Source of the DNA: Prorocentrum cordatum
Lineage: Eukaryota
Assembly (NCBI GenBank): GCA_963575745.1
Contig: CAUYUJ010000003.1
Location: 620,001-684,000 of the forward strand
DNA: 64,000 bases
Reading direction: 5' to 3'
Positions within the stretch are counted from its first letter, which is position 1. The number at the start of each line of letters is the position of its first letter. The notes under the pieces are model-generated. The model made no database searches, was not told the DNA's origin, and saw only the letters and a program-made list of their open reading frames with translations. Made by a program: the position numbers and the translations under genes. Shown here one piece after another: positions 40,201 through 54,073 of this stretch.

Positions 40201-43200
40201 CTTGACACCGTCGACCTCGGCACCCGCAGCTCGGGCCGACATGCGACGAGATGATGCCGAACTCGCAGGGCCCCCATTCGCAGCATTGCCACGGGCAACC
40301 ACGGACGCGGCGGCCTCTGGAATTGCCGTCGATGTGGAAACCAAGGCGGGCACGTAGGGGGCGCCCTGCTCCTATGCAGGCTCAGTCCGTGCCAGTTCCG
40401 CAAAAATAATCAGCTGGTCTAAAACATAAGCGGAAGCTGGCTCGCTGACGCGCAAGATGGCTCTGCGCCGCCGTTCCAACTGCAAAATCGCTCGAGATAA
40501 AAATTCAGGGGGCCCCCGTGAAACATCTCGAAACACGTCGGCCCGATGTCCTCGGCACTCTTTCAGACATGTAAGAAGCATCTTGAACTTGACAGACACC
40601 CGTTTCAGAGCGAGACATTCGAGGTGTCTCATGGGAGGCCGACGGCCCTGATCGAGAATCAGCGCCCGGCGAAGCTGAGGCGCCATGCCACGTGCTCCTA
40701 TGCGCGGCGGAATGGAGCGCCCGGCAACCATTATTTCTTTTCAGAAAAACTGGCCCGCTTCTTATGCGCCTGGTAAATATTTCGCTGGACGAGGACGCCA
40801 TCCCCAGCGTGGGCGAGATTGTCGAGCACATGCGCCGCTTCCAAAATCTCACCCCAGTCAGGCGGTTCCGGGGCGGGCCCCACGGGGTCGAGGGGGGGGG
40901 GTCTGAACTCCAAAACGTAAAGCTGGCTGGGCCAATCGAAAGTAAAACGCGAGATTGACTGGAGAATGGGGGGGGCGATGCTGGGCGCCCGAGTGGCCTC
41001 GGCGGCATTCAGGCCCTGGGCCGAACCTTCCGAAACCAGAAAATAGTCAAGCATCTTCACCCCCCCCCCGCGGCGGCGCGCGTGCCTTCCACGTCGCTCG
41101 GATACATCGCGCGGCCTCTCGTGCAGGAGTCGAGCGCGGCATCGCCCAGATGCTGCGGCGGTAGATTGAAGCCCCCCCCCCCAGCATGTAGCCCCCCCCC
41201 CCCCCGAGCGTCGAGCGCCTGGCCCGCGCGCGAGGGGGTGGCCAAATTCGCGTCGGAGAGGCCCTGCGCGCGGCGCAGGTAGACGGAGCGCAAGTAGAAA
41301 CTATCGCCTCCTGGGATGTCGAGGACGGCCCCGGAGAGCCGACCTGGGCAGGGGACGTGGCCCCCTGGGGGCGCTCTTCATTGAACCCGGGAAGTTCCTG
41401 CTGAGGACCCCCGCCCTGCCAGGCGCGCCACCGGCGGGGGGGGGGCGTGGCAGGGGCGATGGGGGGGCTTTTCACCAATGGGCATGGGCCCAAGATGCAG
41501 CCCCGTCTAACGCGCCACCAGGCCGAAGATGGTGCTCTTGAAGCAGCATGAGATTAGCCACCGTTTGCGGTAGCCATCTCTGGAGAGACCCCCGCGGCGA
41601 GCAGTTTACTGCATCCGCAATCACAGAGAAGGGGGTCTCTCCAGGGTCGGGGGGTTTCTCCAAAAAGTTGAAAGGGGCAGTTGGGTCGGTAGAGCCAGGG
41701 AGGCTCGGGATGGCCCCCCGAAGGCCCGGCCTGGAGCCTGGGGCAGATCCCCCAGTGCTCGTGGGCAGGCGCCGGGGCCCATCGAAAAACTTGTAATAGA
41801 GGCCAGGGTCGCTAACCAGCCTGCCAAGCAGTCCCGCGGCGACACCTCGCCCTGGAGCCCGGTCCTAGATAGTCGCGCATGCTACCCCCCCCCACCCCCA
41901 CCCCCACCACGTCGCACGACGCGATAGGGGGATTCAAACATTCTCCGGCGGCGGCCCCCGTGGCCCCGATGGGCTCGCTGCCTGCAGCGCGGGGACGGCT
42001 CGGGAACATCAGGAGAAGCAGGGCTGCCAGCAACTGGTGCGCTGGATGCCCTGACGCCAGCGAAAAACACCTTCTAATCACCTGCTGGCGTTGAACCTGA
42101 AGAAAGCGACTGTGACTGAGGGGCCGTGCACCAGCTTCATCATTAGGTCCTTTTCTTTTCTTATCTTTAATACTCTGCACATGTGCAGCATGCGCTAGCA
42201 TGTTCATCCTGAGGGGCCAGTGCACGTGCTTAGCATGTTCATCCTGAATACTCTGCATGTGTTGGACAGCTCCCTCGAAAAGTCCTTATTGGCAATATGT
42301 TGAGTTTGATTATGCAGCTCCTCCTTACGTTGCGCGATGCGTTGACGATCCTCGGCTGACAGCTCAAACTCATCATCGTCCACATGGAAATCAATGTCCA
42401 CATCGATAGGGGAAGCGAGGTCCTTTGAGCCGTCCACCACGTCCTTGATGTTGATCTTCTCTGGCTTAGATACAGTCGGTCCACCAGTCTGCGCCAGCTG
42501 CGTGCCGAGTCTGATACTCGCGACCTGCAATGGCCAAGCGATCAGACATCTCCTGGAATGCTGCTTGCCGCGTACGGTACCAACTCGCAGACATGTCCAA
42601 TTCGGACAGTTCCGCCTCCAAAGAGGTCTCCAACTGTGTGACTCGCTGGTGGCAGTTTGACATTCTGGTCTGGCGAGGAGGTTCGACTTGGCATCTACGC
42701 AGCTCTTCAAATTGCTTTGATACTTGGTCGAAGCACTCGTGTCACCTGCCTTCTTGGGCAGCTCGATGAGTTGCTCCAAATCCTTCTCCGTGATGGCAGG
42801 CTTGTCCTTGTTGTCTGAGTGTAGTTGAACCTGATCAGCAACAGCCAGAGGCCTATGACCACGCCGACGACGAGCCCCTGGATCGAGAACCTGCGCCACG
42901 TCGGTGGTCGGTGCCTCTGTTCTGGCTTGCCTACAGTGTTTGCAGAAACCCCAGCTCTGAAGATTCTTCTTGCACCCGCACAAGGCACAGGCCCATTTCT
43001 TCTCCTCAAGCTGCCTCGATGGCGCGCGTCGGCTGCGCCAGAGTCGTGTGGGCTCGTCCCGATGACCTACCCAAGTTCGTTGGCATTCAACACCCGTCCG
43101 TTCTGAACCGTTCTACCATTGCAACATCGCCCACTCCAAGCGAAAACAAACGCGTGGCCAATGGTGGGGCGCCACTGGCTCGCAGTAGCAGAGCGCCGTG

Positions 43201-43240
43201 TCAAAGCTTGCTACTGCAAAACCCGACTCGGGTCTGAGAC
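37300..43240 (-). mobile_element. Decayed near-full-length LINE (ORF1 zinc finger; ORF2 APE-RT-zinc finger-RNase H)
   Basis: Motifs occur in order on the - strand across frameshifts: WACALCGCKKNLQSWGFCKHC (about 43000-42930); APE-like AVN...LLQEHH (about 41540), GGFN (about 41170), LDYFLVS (about 41045); RT GGYRPIG (about 39320), LLWDL..CF, GIIAGC (about 38950), FIDG; zinc finger CPL...DSILHRLWHCPAC (about 37780); RNase H IFVDGSC...AGWAVI (about 37520). Boundaries approximate. Confidence 0.85.
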
Positions 43241-43244
43241 GGCT

Positions 43245-43430
43245 GGGAGGAGGAGGAGGAGGAGGCGGAGGAGGAGGAGGAGGAAGAGGAGGAGGAGGAG
43301 GAGCAGGAGGAGGAGAAAAAGGAGGAGGAGGAGGATGACGACGAGAACGACAGAAGACGACGAGAAGGAGAAGGAGGAGGAGGAAAAGGAGGGGGACATC
43401 GAGGATGAGGAAAGAGGAGGAGGAGGAACG
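43245..43430. repeat. (GGA)n microsatellite abutting the 5' end of the LINE
   Basis: ggaggagga runs. Confidence 0.93.
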
Positions 43431-44009
43431 AATACATGAGACGACGCGCCGAGAAAGGTTTCGGGACAGAGGCGAGCAGCAGCCAAATGTGAAAAGGTCA
43501 TACAATCACATACGGAAAACAAGACCCGAAACAAAACTGTAGATCCAACCACTTTCTGGGAGCACCCAGGGCAAAACTAACGATTGTTAGCCTCAATAAA
43601 AAGCAAGACGAGTAACTACACGAAAACACAATGTATAGCTGCCGCCGGATCCGTCCCGCGAGCGTGGCCCGTACCTTGCCGCAAAACGGACACAACAATG
43701 ATCACAGTTTCTGACACCTCTGTTTGGACCACTGGCCGCGGCCATAGAACCCGACAAGAGCTGGCTATGAAGATGGATCAATCCCAGCCTTGGCGCAACA
43801 ATGTCCGAGACGAGGAGCCTGCGGGGCACTGGGATCGGATTGCTCTTGCCGCTCCTCGTCTGGCTACCAGAATAGAAGATCTCTCGGCGCCGTTTGCGCT
43901 GAGGGCTGTCGCGGAGGGCAGTGGTCGGCGGCGGGCGGGAAGGGTGAAGTGAGAAAGGGAAGGCCCTCTCAAAGGCGGCGGGGCTTCTCAGAAGTGGTGA
44001 GAATAAAAA

Positions 44010-46630
<2,621 letters not shown>

Positions 46631-47439
46631 GTAGGAGCGCAGTCTTATTGTTTTTTTTTTATTTTTGTTTGGGGGGGGCGGCTGTAGGGTTCAAGTGGGT
46701 AGAAGACAGGATCAAGGATCTCTCCCGCCTGGGTGAGACAGTAGCCAGAAAACTTGCCGTTACCTGCTTTTCGCAATCAAGCTGCACGACTCTTGGGCAC
46801 GTGGGTGGATTGTAAGAGTAATGGGGAGCGGGATCCTGGGCTTCGAGCGATTTGTGAAGAAGTCTTTGGCAAGAGACTTGCTGAAGATCAACCGCAAGAC
46901 ATTCCCAGAAGCCTCTCGGGAGCCTCCTATTAGCCTCTCAAGAGCTCTCTCATCCCCATGGTCCGTCTCCGTTGCTTACATAGTCATTCGCATCGCTGTT
47001 AAGGTACTTTACTGGTACATCCTGTTTCTCCACAAGCCGTGCCGCCGCGGGCGTTCTCCACAAGCAAGGCTCGCGCGCGCGCGCCGACACGCGCCGACCC
47101 GCGCCGGCCCCGCCGGCCCTGCGGCAGCGCCCGCGGCCGGCCGAAGGCCCAAGTGCTGTCCTCCTCGCTGCTCCTCCCCAGCGCGCCTCTCGGCCGCGGC
47201 GGGGATCCGCAAGGGAGCAGCTCGGCTGCGCACGCGACCTCTCGAGATGCCGTCTGAGGCATCTGCCGTTCACCGCGCGGGCACGGCAGCTCCGCTGCGC
47301 ACGGGCAGGCTAAGCCCAGAAGGGGTATAGAGGACAAGGGGGCGAGGCCCGATGAGGAGAGACGCACTGACTCTACAGGGCAAGACGGGGACCGGGCGCG
47401 GGCTGCCTGGCGCGAGAGCGCGCTCCACCTCTCAGAATC

Positions 47440-48306
47440 TCAGAAGGGCAGCTGCAGCGGGTGCAGCATGGAGCCGCAGTGAGGGATCGGCCCGTCAGGC
47501 CCAAGGGTGATGGCCTTCAGAAGGCTGAGCCCGATAATCAGCGCGGTGGCATTCTTGGCCGACGTCTTGGCCTTGCCGTACCACTCCGGCCTGTGCTCCT
47601 CCTGCATGTCGGCGAGCATGATGGCCAGGAGGAAGCCAGCGAGCGCGCCCCCAAAGTGCCCCATGAAGTCGACGCTCGGCGATATGGCCGACATCATGAC
47701 GCAGCTGCCCAGCATGAACGCGAACCACAGGAACACGCGACCCTGGCTCTCGCCGAGCAGCTCCCAGGTGAGCATCACCTCGGCGGCCCACACCCCGAGC
47801 AGGCCGAAGCCGCTGGTGGACGCGCCGACGGCGAGCTTCATGGGGTCCGCGACCACGGAGAGGAGGTTGCCCATGAAGCCACAGAAGAGGTACAGCAGAC
47901 AGAACTTCCGTCTCCCGAACTGCTTCTCCATGTTGCAACCGATCCGCAGCTGGAAGAAGATGTTGAAGAAGATGTGCAGCGGGTTCGCGTGGAGCATCAT
48001 CGGCAGGAACAGGCGCCACACGGCGCCGCCGGCGATGGCTGGCCCCCACGAGGCGCCCAGGAGGTAGAGGGAGCACAGCTTCGGAACGCCGTAGCTGTTG
48101 CCCAGCAGGACGGAGCCCGCGTACTCCACGAGCTGCAGCACCGAGATCCGCCAGATGAACGTGTCCGCGCTGAAGCCTGGGAACAGCGTGTCCATGAAGC
48201 CGCCCTCCCGCCTGGCCACCGCAGTGTCCTGGGCGTTCTCCTCTCCACTCCGCGAAGCGGGCTGCGTGGCCATCGGCGGCGGCACCATCATGGCCACCTT
48301 GACCAT
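47440..48306 (-). CDS. ROM1: Rhomboid intramembrane serine protease, alveolate ROM1-like, copy 1 (about 288 aa, intronless)
   Basis: LFPGF N-terminal motif, WRLFLPMMLHANPLHIFFN (WR and HxxxxHxxxN motifs), catalytic Ser in VGASTSGFG, catalytic His in GHFGG, multiple hydrophobic helices, strong GC3. Start placed at MVKVAMM; the frame stays open to 48669, so the start is uncertain. The symbol reflects recalled similarity to apicomplexan ROM1, not a search. Confidence 0.9.
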   Translation of the reverse strand: MVKVAMMVPPPMATQPASRSGEENAQDTAVARREGGFMDTLFPGFSADTFIWRISVLQLVEYAGSVLLGNSYGVPKLCSLYLLGASWGPAIAGGAVWRLFLPMMLHANPLHIFFNIFFQLRIGCNMEKQFGRRKFCLLYLFCGFMGNLLSVVADPMKLAVGASTSGFGLLGVWAAEVMLTWELLGESQGRVFLWFAFMLGSCVMMSAISPSVDFMGHFGGALAGFLLAIMLADMQEEHRPEWYGKAKTSAKNATALIIGLSLLKAITLGPDGPIPHCGSMLHPLQLPF

Positions 48307-49016
48307 CGAGGCGGCGGCGGCCGCGCCCGGGAGGCTTCCCGCCAGCGTCGCCGCGCCCGCCGCCCACACAGCCCCGCCGGCCACCGCGGCGCCCAGGGAC
48401 CTCGCCGAAGGCGCGGCCCCGGCGGCGGCGGCAGCCGGGGCGGCGGCGCGGACGGGCGCCAGCGCAGAGGGCTGCAAGCAGGCCTCGAGGAAGGCCCTGT
48501 GCCTCACACCGCGCGCCACGCGCCGCGGCGGCGCGCACGGGACGAAGATGAAGTGCTCCCGCGCCTCCTTGGAGCGGCACATCGCGTCCCGCCCCCGCGC
48601 CGCGCGGCGCTGGGGCCCGCGATAGACTGCGGCGAGCGCGGTGAGCTGCCAGCGTGCCCCTTTGGACAAGGGGGCTGGGGCCCAAACAGCGCCGGCATGG
48701 ATAGGGATGGAACGTGAGTGTGGCGCGCACGTCTGAGGTTCGACACTCTACCCTGCTCCGCCTCCTTCTGGTCCTCCTCCTGCCCCATCTGCCGATGAGG
48801 CTCCTCGTCCTTCCCCATCCGTGCTCGTTCTGGCTAGTCGTAGTATTCATGATGGTGGCAGTAGTAATGGTAATTAGTGGTAACGGTAGTGGTGCCATTG
48901 GGTACCGCGACAAGCGGTCGTTTGACACGTAAAGGCGCGCAAGGAAGAGAGCGGAGGTATCGGGATGGATCTGGGGATGTGAACACCTCACGTTGGGTCT
49001 CTCTTCCTCCCTCCTG

Positions 49017-49049
<33 letters not shown>

Positions 49050-49968
49050 TCTACTGCAGAAAAAATCCTGCTGCAGCTGAACCTTATCCTCCATTCCCCC
49101 CTCTGGAACTATTTGAGCCGCAGAGGCAATAATAGCTGTAGTTGTGTTAATGGTAGCGTTGAGATTCGTAGCAGCGGGGAAGTCGAACAAACAGGCAAAT
49201 ACAGGTTCTTATAGTGCAGCTACTACAACTGCCACTGCCACTACTGGTGGCTGCTGCGACAGGTGGAGACTGAGGAAGGGGAACGAGTTTCCCGAATAGC
49301 GTCTCGCTGCTAGTTTCTAGCCAAGTTACAACACATGATTCAACATGTTCGTGCGTGTGTGACTTGTCGAAGTTTCGAGCCGAAGGTTGGGTTTTGGGTG
49401 ACACTTCAACGAACATCAATCGTGAGCCTTGTTTTCGTGGGGTCAACCGCAGGACCCAGGAGCCTCCCATCAGTTAGACTTTTCAGAGCTGCAGCATCCC
49501 CGTGATTCATCTCAAATGCGTCGCATCGCTCTCAGAGTTCTTCGCTGAGATTACATGTTTTCTCCACAAGCCGCCGTCGCGCCGCCGCGGGCGTTCTCCA
49601 CAAGCAAGGCTCGCGCGCGCGCCGAGACGCGCCGACCCGCGCCGGCCCTGCGGCAGCGCCCGCGGCCGGCCGAAGGCCCAAGTGCTGTCCTCCTCGCTGC
49701 TCCTCCCCAGCGCGCCTCTCGGCCGCGGCGGGGATCCGCAAGGGAGCAGCTCGGCTGCGCACGCGACCTCTCGAGATGCCGTCTGAGGCATCTGCCGTTC
49801 ACCGCGCGGGCACGGCAGCTCCGCTGCGCACGGGCAGGCTAAGCCCAGAAGGGGTATAGAGGACAAGGGGGCGAGGCCCGATGAGGAGAGACGCACTGAC
49901 TCTACAGGGCAAGACGGGGACCGGGCGCGGGCTGCCTGGCGCGAGAGCGCGCTCCACCTCTCAGAATC

Positions 49969-50835
49969 TCAGAAGGGCAGCTGCAGCGGGTGCAGCATGG
50001 AGCCGCAGTGAGGGATCGGCCCGTCAGGCCCAAGGGTGATGGCCTTCAGAAGGCTGAGCCCGATAATCAGCGCGGTGGCATTCTTGGCCGACGTCTTGGC
50101 CTTGCCGTACCACTCCGGCCTGTGCTCCTCCTGCATGTCGGCGAGCATGATGGCCAGGAGGAAGCCAGCGAGCGCGCCCCCAAAGTGCCCCATGAAGTCG
50201 ACGCTCGGCGATATGGCCGACATCATGACGCAGCTGCCCAGCATGAACGCGAACCACAGGAACACGCGACCCTGGCTCTCGCCGAGCAGCTCCCAGGTGA
50301 GCATCACCTCGGCGGCCCACACCCCGAGCAGGCCGAAGCCGCTGGTGGACGCGCCGACGGCGAGCTTCATGGGGTCCGCGACCACGGAGAGGAGGTTGCC
50401 CATGAAGCCACAGAAGAGGTACAGCAGACAGAACTTCCGTCTCCCGAACTGCTTCTCCATGTTGCAACCGATCCGCAGCTGGAAGAAGATGTTGAAGAAG
50501 ATGTGCAGCGGGTTCGCGTGGAGCATCATCGGCAGGAACAGGCGCCACACGGCGCCGCCGGCGATGGCTGGCCCCCACGAGGCGCCCAGGAGGTAGAGGG
50601 AGCACAGCTTCGGAACGCCGTAGCTGTTGCCCAGCAGGACGGAGCCCGCGTACTCCACGAGCTGCAGCACCGAGATCCGCCAGATGAACGTGTCCGCGCT
50701 GAAGCCTGGGAACAGCGTGTCCATGAAGCCGCCCTCCCGCCTGGCCACCGCAGTGTCCTGGGCGTTCTCCTCTCCACTCCGCGAAGCGGGCTGCGTGGCC
50801 ATCGGCGGCGGCACCATCATGGCCACCTTGACCAT
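49969..50835 (-). CDS. ROM1: Rhomboid protease, ROM1-like, copy 2 (same protein as copy 1)
   Basis: Translation from MVKVAMM to the stop is identical to copy 1. Offset 2529 bp. Confidence 0.9.
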   Translation of the reverse strand: MVKVAMMVPPPMATQPASRSGEENAQDTAVARREGGFMDTLFPGFSADTFIWRISVLQLVEYAGSVLLGNSYGVPKLCSLYLLGASWGPAIAGGAVWRLFLPMMLHANPLHIFFNIFFQLRIGCNMEKQFGRRKFCLLYLFCGFMGNLLSVVADPMKLAVGASTSGFGLLGVWAAEVMLTWELLGESQGRVFLWFAFMLGSCVMMSAISPSVDFMGHFGGALAGFLLAIMLADMQEEHRPEWYGKAKTSAKNATALIIGLSLLKAITLGPDGPIPHCGSMLHPLQLPF

Positions 50836-52534
50836 CGAGGCGGCGGCGGCCGCGCCCGGGAGGCTTCCCGCCAGCGTCGCCGCGCCCGCCGCCCACACAG
50901 CCCCGCCGGCCACCGCGGCGCCCAGGGACCTCGCCGAAGGCGCGGCCCCGGCGGCGGCGGCAGCCGGGGCGGCGGCGCGGACGGGCGCCAGCGCAGAGGG
51001 CTGCAAGCAGGCCTCGAGGAAGGCCCTGTGCCTCACACCGCGCGCCACGCGCCGCGGCGGCGCGCACGGGACGAAGATGAAGTGCTCCCGCGCCTCCTTG
51101 GAGCGGCACATCGCGTCCCGCCCCCGCGCCGCGCGGCGCTGGGGCCCGCGATTGACTGCGACGAGCGCGGTGAGCTGCCAGCGTGCCCCTTTGGACAAGG
51201 GGGCTGGGGCCCAAACAGCGACGGCATGGATAGGGATGGAACGTGAGTGTGGCGCGCACGTCTGAGGTTCGACACTCTACCCTGCTCCGCCTCCTTCTGG
51301 TCCTCCTCCTGCCCCATCTGCCGATGAGGCTCCTCGTCCTTCCCCATCCGTGCTCGTTCTGGCTAGTCGTAGCAGTAATAGTGGTAGTGGTGGCAACGTT
51401 CCTGATCGGGACCGAGACTGACGGTCGTATGACAGATAAGAGCACGCGAGGATGAAAAGGGATGGAAGGGAACTGACAGGTGGGATGCACGCACCTCACG
51501 TTCGGCCTCTATTCGTGTCTCTTTTTTTTCCTACAACTTATAATACTCATACTGTACCTTCCCCTCCTCCTCTTTCTTTTATCATCTGAGCCGCAATGAC
51601 AATCTTAATTGTAATTGCTCATGGTCGGTCGCAGTAGGCTGGCAACAGGATAATACCGGTTCTTATGCCGCAGCTACAAATTTGACTGCCACTGCCACTA
51701 CCAACGCCACTACCGCTACAGCAAAAGCAACTGTCCTTACAGGACACAAGCATTGGGAGGATGAGCAGGAGACGGGGACGGAGGAGTGCCAGCAATAACA
51801 TTAACAACATCAGCATAAGCAGCAGCAGAGCGGGTCCGGACGATCGTCATGCTTGGGAGAGGGCGAACTTGGGATACGCGCGAACCCCCACACCCACCAC
51901 ACCCCACACGTCCCCGCTCTGTCTCTTCTCTGCCCATCCACACTGGCGACACACTGCTACGTGTTGCTATATATATATATATATAACGCTGCGACGTCTA
52001 AACCGACGGCTGTTGCTACAATTGCTGCTGACGCCTTCGTGACCGTCGCATCCATCACTGCGATTTGTGTTGCTAATACTTGTGCTACCAAAACTATTGC
52101 CAACAATCAATAAAATAACGGAGGGAAGAGTGGCACACACATCACCCGTATGAGGGGACGAACGTGAGCTGTGCGCGCGCCCCTTCAACATCCACCCCCT
52201 CATCGCTCCAAGTCCCCCTGCCTTGCAACCAACCGTTGCTCCTAAAATTCCAGCGACTGCTGATACCATTACTCCTGCTTTCGAAAACCAGTCCAATAAA
52301 TTATTGTCGGGCGAGGACAAGGAAGAGAGGAAGCAGCATCGCCAGGATGAGCAGGACGAGAACGATGGGCCGAAACTTGTCTCCTGACTACGTATGCTTC
52401 CACATCTCGTGGGCTCCGCGTGATGCCTGGGTGTGCGAGGCATGATCCTGGTAAGGGCCCGTTGGCGAAACGCGGGCGCCACGTGTTGGCTGGAGGGTCA
52501 GGTTCCGCCTGGTGGGCGCCGCGTGGGCGCTCCC

Positions 52535-53055
52535 AGCGCTGGCTGCACCACATAGCTTCCACCATTCGGTTTGCACCACATAGCTCACACCACACAGCTT
52601 CCAACACATGGCTTACTACACGTAGCTTGCATCACATAACTTGCACGGCATAGCTTACTCCGCGTAGGTTGCACCACATCGATTGCATCACACAGCTGAC
52701 ACAGCATCACTTGCACCTCATTGCTTGCACCACACAGTTTGCTCACACTAACTTGCACCATAAGTCTCCGACGCATGGCTTGCACTACATAGCATGCACC
52801 AACTAGACTCGTGCACCACAGAGCTTGCACTACATGGCTCCCACCACCTAGCATCCACCACATAGGCTGCACCACAATGGTTGCACCACACTACTGACAC
52901 CACCTAGCTTCCACCGCATAGCTTGCACCACACAATTTGCACCACATAGCTGACACCACATGACGTGCACTACATCGCTTACTCCACATCGCGTGCACTA
53001 TTTGGTCAACGCCGCATGCCTTGCACCACGTATCTTGCGCCGCATAACGTGCACT
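52535..53055 (+). repeat. Degenerate (TTGCACCACATAGC)n ~14-bp satellite
   Basis: gcttgcaccacata units. The same family recurs at 54740-54900 (+) and inverted at 55140-55295. Confidence 0.88.
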
Positions 53056-53328
53056 GTATATATGTATGTATATCCGCCGGCCCTCTTGCGGGGCCATGAG
53101 GCTCCGTGGCTTAGGCTTGCTGCTCCCTGCTCCAGTTCCAGTTTCCAGTCTCCAATGTTACATTTCTGTGCTCTGCTTCCGACTGTAAACTGTTGACGTC
53201 CGCGCGAGGGAGGGGAGCCGAAAACCGCTCTGGTTACCTTCACATCGGGGGGGGGTTCAGGGACTGGTGAAAATTACCCCAGTGCGACCCTACCTAGAAG
53301 TTGGAGCCCCTAGGAAGCCAGCATGAGT

Positions 53329-54073
53329 TGCTATACTATGCTATACCATGCTATGCTGCGCTATGCTATGCTATGCTATGCTGCGCTATGCTATGCTATG
53401 CTATGCTATGCTGTGTGATGTTATGTTAAGCTATGCTATGTCATGCTGGGCTGTGCTGTGCTATGCTATGCTATGATATGCTATGCTAAGCTGCGCTGTG
53501 CTATGTTATGCTATGGTATGCTATGATATGCTATGATATGCTGCGCTATGCTATGCTATGGTATGAGTTGCTATGTTATGCTATGATTTGCTATGCTAAT
53601 GCAGCGCTGCGCTATGCTAAGCTAAGCTAAGCTAAGCTCGGCATCTGCCGCACATTGCGTTTGCGTTGCCTTTCCTTTGCTTTGTTGTTGCTTTTGCTTT
53701 GCTTGTGTTGCTTGGGCTTTGCTTTGCTGCCGCTGCTGATGCTTTGCCTTTGCTTTGCTGCTATGCTATGTTCTGCTCTGCTATGCTTTGCTATGCTATG
53801 CTATGCTGCGCTGTGCTATGTTGTGCTGTGCTGTGCTGCGCTATGCTATGCTATGCTATGCTATGCTATGCTGCGCTATGCTATGCTATGCTGGGCTGTG
53901 CTATGATATGCTGTGCTGCGCTATGCTATGCTATGCTGTGATCTGCTATGCTAAAGCTCAGCGAAGCTAAGATGAAGGTAAGCTAAGCTAAGATAAACCT
54001 GAGCTAAGATGGAGCTAAGCTAAGCTAAGATGAAAGAAGCTAAGCTAAGATGATATAAGCAACGCTAAGCTAA
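53329..54073. repeat. Compound pentamer microsatellite (CTATG)n/(CTAAG)n/(CTTTG)n
   Basis: Blocks: ctatg 53331-53617, ctaag 53618-53637, ctttg 53655-53760, ctatg 53761-53950, ctaag 53951-54073. Confidence 0.95.

Noticed and set aside
47461..51499. Long antisense and alternate-frame ORFs over the rhomboid genes (418, 498, 491 aa), and likewise 59072-60475 over the kinase
   Set aside because: They are expected shadows of high-GC3 coding sequence, with Arg/Gly/Ala-rich composition and no motifs.
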